From a virus, in IMG/VR virus record IMGVR_UViG_3300042317_000390, positions 32,001-96,000 of that record: 64,000 bases of DNA, one strand, 5' to 3'. Positions 60,601-64,000 of this stretch are shown piece by piece. The position numbers and the translations under genes were made by a program. How positions within the stretch are numbered: the stretch's first letter is position 1; every line of letters begins with the position of its first letter. The notes below the pieces were generated by a model. That model was not told the DNA's origin. It searched no databases and was given only the letters and a program-made list of their open reading frames with translations.

Positions 60601-61616
60601 GTTATACGATGAGAGACGTTGGTAAGCTAGACCAAAGAATTACCAATCTTGAATATTACACGCAGCTTTCTTTACTAGAGAAAAAGGCAACAGATCTAAC
60701 TGTTACAGATGCTAACGGCCTAGATCGTTTCAAGAATGGTATTTTCGTAGATCCATTCAGCAACTTCTCTCTATCTGATGTATCTAACCCAGAATTCAAT
60801 ATTGCTATCGATGCCCAGAAGGGTGTTGCTAGACCTGCTATCGTAAGAGAAGTTGTAAAAATTAAATTCAATGATGGTAGTACAACTGCTGTTACAAATA
60901 GCTCTGGAACTTTCTATGTTGACTATGTTAATAACGTCCAAAAAACGGGTCGTTCTATCACACTACCATACGATGAGATTTCATTCTTAAGACAACCTTA
61001 TGCAACTAAATATAGAAGTTCTGCTCTCGTAGCATTTGCTTGGAATGGAACTGTTATTCTGATCCCATCTTATGATAATCACGGCGACACTATCAATACT
61101 GGTTCTATGAATATTGTTATTGACAACGCTACACCATGGAGAGATTTCGCCCAAAGCCCATTCGGTCAGACGTGGGGTGATTGGAGAACATCAGTTTCTT
61201 CCGTTAGTAATAGCGTTATCCATCAGGTTACAAGAGACGTTAATCTTGGTTACGTCGCTGGTGGTACAAATGCAGGCGCAGTTGCCGCTAACATTTGGAC
61301 GTATCTTGGTCAGGCTGGTTATAACCCAACCGATTTCACTATCGGCAACCAGAATATCCAATGGACAGGATCTGATATTAGACTAAAACGTGAGATTAGA
61401 TTCTTGAAGAAACTGGTTAACGGAATTAATCTATATATCTTTAAGTATATCTGGAGTGACATTCTATACGTTGGCGTTATGGCTCAGGAAGTACAAAGAG
61501 TCATACCAGAAGCAGTTAGAGCAAATCAAAACGGATTGCTTTCTGTTAGTTATCCAGCTATTGGAATTAAGTTTGAGACATATGAAGATTGGAAAACCAA
61601 TAATTCTATGATTTAA
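57606..61616 (+). CDS. VrlC/DUF4815 virion protein, N-terminal part, ending in a peptidase S74 intramolecular chaperone
   Basis: PYFDDY..FRPS.AVQARELTQ.Q..RTYEESGNY..RYTMRD.G.L..RI.NLEYY..DRFKNG.FVD.F; C-terminal SDIRLK..G.MAQEV..PEAV (from 61371). Confidence 0.9.
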   Translation: MPFKTDFNVAPYFDDYNELKNYHRIMFRPSVAVQARELTQSQTILQNQIERFGNWAFKSGDIVEGCIITDIPVLPYVRLADFASNGSANSVALNVVDLINTVATSVTSNLKAQVLFANAGFSTSYPDNNILYLKYLNTGTGGEALYSNSDLLTFEQVTTSGNVAIANVYTFANTTPGQNTTGNSHGISVSDGIIFINGAFVRVSNSTFGLVNNFGTYAGNNVVAFDLNETIVTENQDTSLLDNALGYTNENAPGAHRLKCVPTLISIDPSEITGNNTINPIAIYNFGALVKKDTQNKLYSTIGDIVATRTYEESGNYVVNPFAVDTISLPPTGGAISFNSNNVFGRINPGSGYAQGYRVNLDATTYINMRRGIDTKTNLTQQITFNYGGYFILNEVAGSFDFTKAQTVTLYDTPQQAVTTRTYCNVSPTGNAIGTASVRCFNYAGGVLGLADTSYSLHVFNIKLNTGYNINQIKSVYYGTGTKAVGDVVSNGIVGSASKEQLYSFGLGGIKTVEYTSTNYVYRKLITGQSMNTSGVISVTLPTSAQGGIDELPYSASLVPLTDLQASNFMLICAADVDSSNNPAGGTASISSTSTTVTGSSTTFTTKFFPGDNIKVGANYRKVVSVSNNTVMTVDAVWPSSLSGQTYKKSYIKGQILPITQYGDNVTSTILINDSTTFTINSGQIPSTTLSVDVILNVLRTQVKPATKDIYKDRFVKIKVANSVGGPNGPWCLGVGDVHKISKIYSSTDGSFSTSNIDATADFILDTGQKDTHYDYGYIYSRYGSLDPNTCLLVQMDYFNANTQQGIGFFTVDSYPVDDANTANTNAIQTKDIPLYVDEAGTKRYLRDYIDYRTPANNTANNTGTCNTANVTQLTAALSYATVNPSATLTFKYDSTYGLDVPSYGENFEANYTYYLPRKDLIYITADNKVKVKEGLSSANPQKPLYPENAMAVAVLNVPPYPSLSSDETDGMRALNASAKNLIRDTNTAISSTIVTNRRYTMRDVGKLDQRITNLEYYTQLSLLEKKATDLTVTDANGLDRFKNGIFVDPFSNFSLSDVSNPEFNIAIDAQKGVARPAIVREVVKIKFNDGSTTAVTNSSGTFYVDYVNNVQKTGRSITLPYDEISFLRQPYATKYRSSALVAFAWNGTVILIPSYDNHGDTINTGSMNIVIDNATPWRDFAQSPFGQTWGDWRTSVSSVSNSVIHQVTRDVNLGYVAGGTNAGAVAANIWTYLGQAGYNPTDFTIGNQNIQWTGSDIRLKREIRFLKKLVNGINLYIFKYIWSDILYVGVMAQEVQRVIPEAVRANQNGLLSVSYPAIGIKFETYEDWKTNNSMI

Positions 61617-61627
61617 CGGAGATTAAA

Positions 61628-64000
61628 TTGGCAAGTTTATCTACAAATACTACAACTACGGTAACAACAACTACATCTGATAGATCTGGTTTTCAGTTAC
61701 AGGTAGACTCTCAGGCCAATACCATTTCGGTTGGTGATTACGTTACTGACGTTTCTATTCAGCCTTATATTGCTCCTAGAATTATTTCTTTTCTTGCTTA
61801 TAATATGCGTCCTAATCACAGAATGCATATCTTCTTTGATAGCATTAACGTTGACGATTTTTGCGCTCCAGCGGTCAGAACTGTATCTAACACCTATAAC
61901 ACAGCTATCACCAACACTTCTGATTATAATAGCATACCTAGAAACGGTAACTGGGGAACGGCTATTTACAGTGATGTTAACGGTGTAGTTGCAGGTCAGT
62001 TTGCTATTCCAGAAGCTACATTCAGAACTGGCGACAGAAACCTACAAATTTCAGACGTTGATAGCTTATCTTTAGGTAATACGGCTTTTACAACAATTTG
62101 TTCCGGTAGATTTACAGCATCAAATCTAAGCGTTTCAAAACGAGCTATCACACTAACGACAGTAAATCCACAACTTTCTTATCAACCCATTGAAGAAAGA
62201 GTTGTTACTACAAATACTAGTGTTACCGTTCAATCTATTCCTGATATTCTAAACGTAACAGCTTTCTATGAACCTATCGCTCAGTCCTTGACGATTAATA
62301 CATATGATGGTCAAGCTGGTATTTACGCTACAGCTCTAGATATTTACTTTAAACAGAAATCTCAAATTTCTACTAACGGCGTAACTGTTTATCTTTGCGA
62401 AGTTGATAACGGCTATCCAAATGGTAATGCCATTCTTCCATTCTCAACGGTTCACTTAAATAGCAGCCAGATTTCTGCCAGCAACGATGCAACTGTTCCT
62501 ACTACTTTCCGTTTTGAATCTCCAGTGTTCTTAGCTAACGGAAAACAATATGCTTTTATCGTTAAACCAGATGCCAATGACCCAGACTATTATGTTTATA
62601 GTGCTAATTTAGGTGACATTGATATCACAACTGGCGCACAGGTATTCAGTCAGCCAACAATAGGCACTGCGTTCTACGGCGCTACTATGAATCAGTGGAC
62701 TGCTCTACAGACAGAATATATTAAGTTTGAACTGAAGAGAGCAAGCTTTAATCAGAACTCAGGTAACGCATATTTCAATAATATTGATACAGATTTTATT
62801 GAAATATATAATCTATCTTATGTTAATACATCAGCTGGTGTATTGCCAGGCGATTATGTATTCGATTGCGACCAGAATAACTTTAATATTGTAGCTAACA
62901 CTACAGGATTTAATAATAGCACTGATGTTATTAAGATCACTAACGCTAATACATACATTAAATTATACGATAGAGTATACTATAGCGTTCCAGCGGCAAA
63001 TACTCCTATTGCCCCACTAACTGGCAATTCTTATTACTATGTAAGTTTCGTAAACACATCATCGGTTGCGCTTTCTTCTACGGTTGGTGGTGCTAATATT
63101 GATATTACCGATACTAGAACAACAGCTACAGCCGAAACACACGTTATTAAATCGTTGAAGGCTAATACTAGCATCTACGGTTCATTGAATTATTTTGATA
63201 CCGTTAAGAGCTTATTGTACGTAGATGATACAACTGGTAACTTTAAAGAAAATTCAAATATCCAGATTCATAGATTTGCTAATTCAACGGCTATCTCAAG
63301 CGTTGGACCTAGCCATAATACCATGGTTGGTTTCGCAAACTCTTCAACTTTACATAACGTCGTATTAGACGCATTAGTTCCTCAGTTTGCATATATTACT
63401 CCAGCCGGAACTACCTTATCCTTTAATTATAAGGGAATGGCTAATACATACGCTGACTATTCTTCTGATGTAGAACAACCAATCATACCTGGGTATGAAG
63501 TAGAGTTTTTAGATAAACAGAGAATGGTAGCTAGTAGAACTAACGAAATTACATCTGGTGGTAGTAAGAAGTCTATGCAGATTCGTGCTAATCTAACCAC
63601 GGATTCTGAATATATTTCTCCCTTGATTGATACTGTTAGAAATCAAGAACTCGTTATTGGTAACGATGTTGACCCAGTATCGTTCAGTTACGAAGAACTC
63701 TTAAATAATGGCACATCAAAGTCAAAGTATATTTCACAGATTGTAACTTTGGCTACAGGTCAAGACGCTCAGGATATTAATATATCTCTAACGGCATTTA
63801 GACCACCAGGATCTGATATCAAGGTTTGGGTTAAGTTCCTAAATGGCGATGATACTGATCCTATGTCTTCAAAAACTTGGACTCCTTTAATTAATCAAAA
63901 CGATTCTTTCTATAGCGATCCAAGTAACCCATCAAACTTCAGCGAGTTCGTGTATACAGTCCCAGCAGCTTTTGGTATGATCCCAGTCGTTGGTACTATA
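61628..64000 (+). CDS. VrlC/DUF4815 C-terminal part (runs off window end)
   Basis: TTG start after GGAG; GDYVTDVSIQPYI..RPN...FFD..EPIAQS..LDIYF..NGYP..F.F.SPV.L; missed by the ORF track. Confidence 0.85.
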   Translation, partial: MASLSTNTTTTVTTTTSDRSGFQLQVDSQANTISVGDYVTDVSIQPYIAPRIISFLAYNMRPNHRMHIFFDSINVDDFCAPAVRTVSNTYNTAITNTSDYNSIPRNGNWGTAIYSDVNGVVAGQFAIPEATFRTGDRNLQISDVDSLSLGNTAFTTICSGRFTASNLSVSKRAITLTTVNPQLSYQPIEERVVTTNTSVTVQSIPDILNVTAFYEPIAQSLTINTYDGQAGIYATALDIYFKQKSQISTNGVTVYLCEVDNGYPNGNAILPFSTVHLNSSQISASNDATVPTTFRFESPVFLANGKQYAFIVKPDANDPDYYVYSANLGDIDITTGAQVFSQPTIGTAFYGATMNQWTALQTEYIKFELKRASFNQNSGNAYFNNIDTDFIEIYNLSYVNTSAGVLPGDYVFDCDQNNFNIVANTTGFNNSTDVIKITNANTYIKLYDRVYYSVPAANTPIAPLTGNSYYYVSFVNTSSVALSSTVGGANIDITDTRTTATAETHVIKSLKANTSIYGSLNYFDTVKSLLYVDDTTGNFKENSNIQIHRFANSTAISSVGPSHNTMVGFANSSTLHNVVLDALVPQFAYITPAGTTLSFNYKGMANTYADYSSDVEQPIIPGYEVEFLDKQRMVASRTNEITSGGSKKSMQIRANLTTDSEYISPLIDTVRNQELVIGNDVDPVSFSYEELLNNGTSKSKYISQIVTLATGQDAQDINISLTAFRPPGSDIKVWVKFLNGDDTDPMSSKTWTPLINQNDSFYSDPSNPSNFSEFVYTVPAAFGMIPVVGTI

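Noticed and set aside
61600-61640. Group I intron or frameshift error explaining the VrlC split
   Set aside because: Only 11 nt separate the ORFs, with a clean GGAG RBS; no intron structure, and S74 is a natural C-terminal domain
61731-61988. 85-aa hydrophobic ORF
   Set aside because: Off-frame shadow of the VrlC C-terminal ORF starting at 61628
1-64000. Stop-codon reassignment, DGR or retron
   Set aside because: Core genes are intact under code 11 with TAA, TAG and TGA all used as stops; no reverse transcriptase or TR/VR pair seen

Overview
This window is 64 kb of an AT-rich, large T4-like myophage genome, almost certainly a pmoC-carrying phage of an alphaproteobacterial (Methylocystis-like) methanotroph. 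It opens in a pmoC gene that the ORF track missed (1-214, minus strand, partial). It also carries a circularly permuted two-piece tmRNA of alphaproteobacterial type, tRNA-Gln(TTG), tRNA-Arg(TCT), an L,D-transpeptidase and an alphaproteobacterial-type LexA box. Layout: (i) 0.3-4.6 kb, small genes and a holin/spanin pair; (ii) 4.7-23.2 kb, an early region of short ORFs driven by more than 12 related sigma70-like promoters; (iii) a repeat-rich non-coding strand-switch region at 21.9-23.4 kb; (iv) more small genes, then gp33/gp59/gp32; (v) the T4-like tail/baseplate module (tape measure, gp51/gp26, gp54, gp2, gp4, gp48, gp53, gp27, split gp5, PAAR, gp25, gp6, gp7, gp8, split VrlC/DUF4815). Most unusual signals: early promoters whose -10/start region sits inside inverted repeats of varying sequence but shared geometry; a two-locus mosaic of host-like DNA, including an acs 3' end, stitched in frame into a phage gene; strong [AS]-N-[TS] enrichment in virion proteins, suggesting an Asn modification system; a glycine-rich adhesin/2OG-Fe(II) hydroxylase cassette; a VrlC gene split by an S74 autocleaving chaperone; a three-way split gp5; and a -1 frameshift site joining gp26 and gp51. 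All family calls are motif recognition by eye, and all counts are manual.
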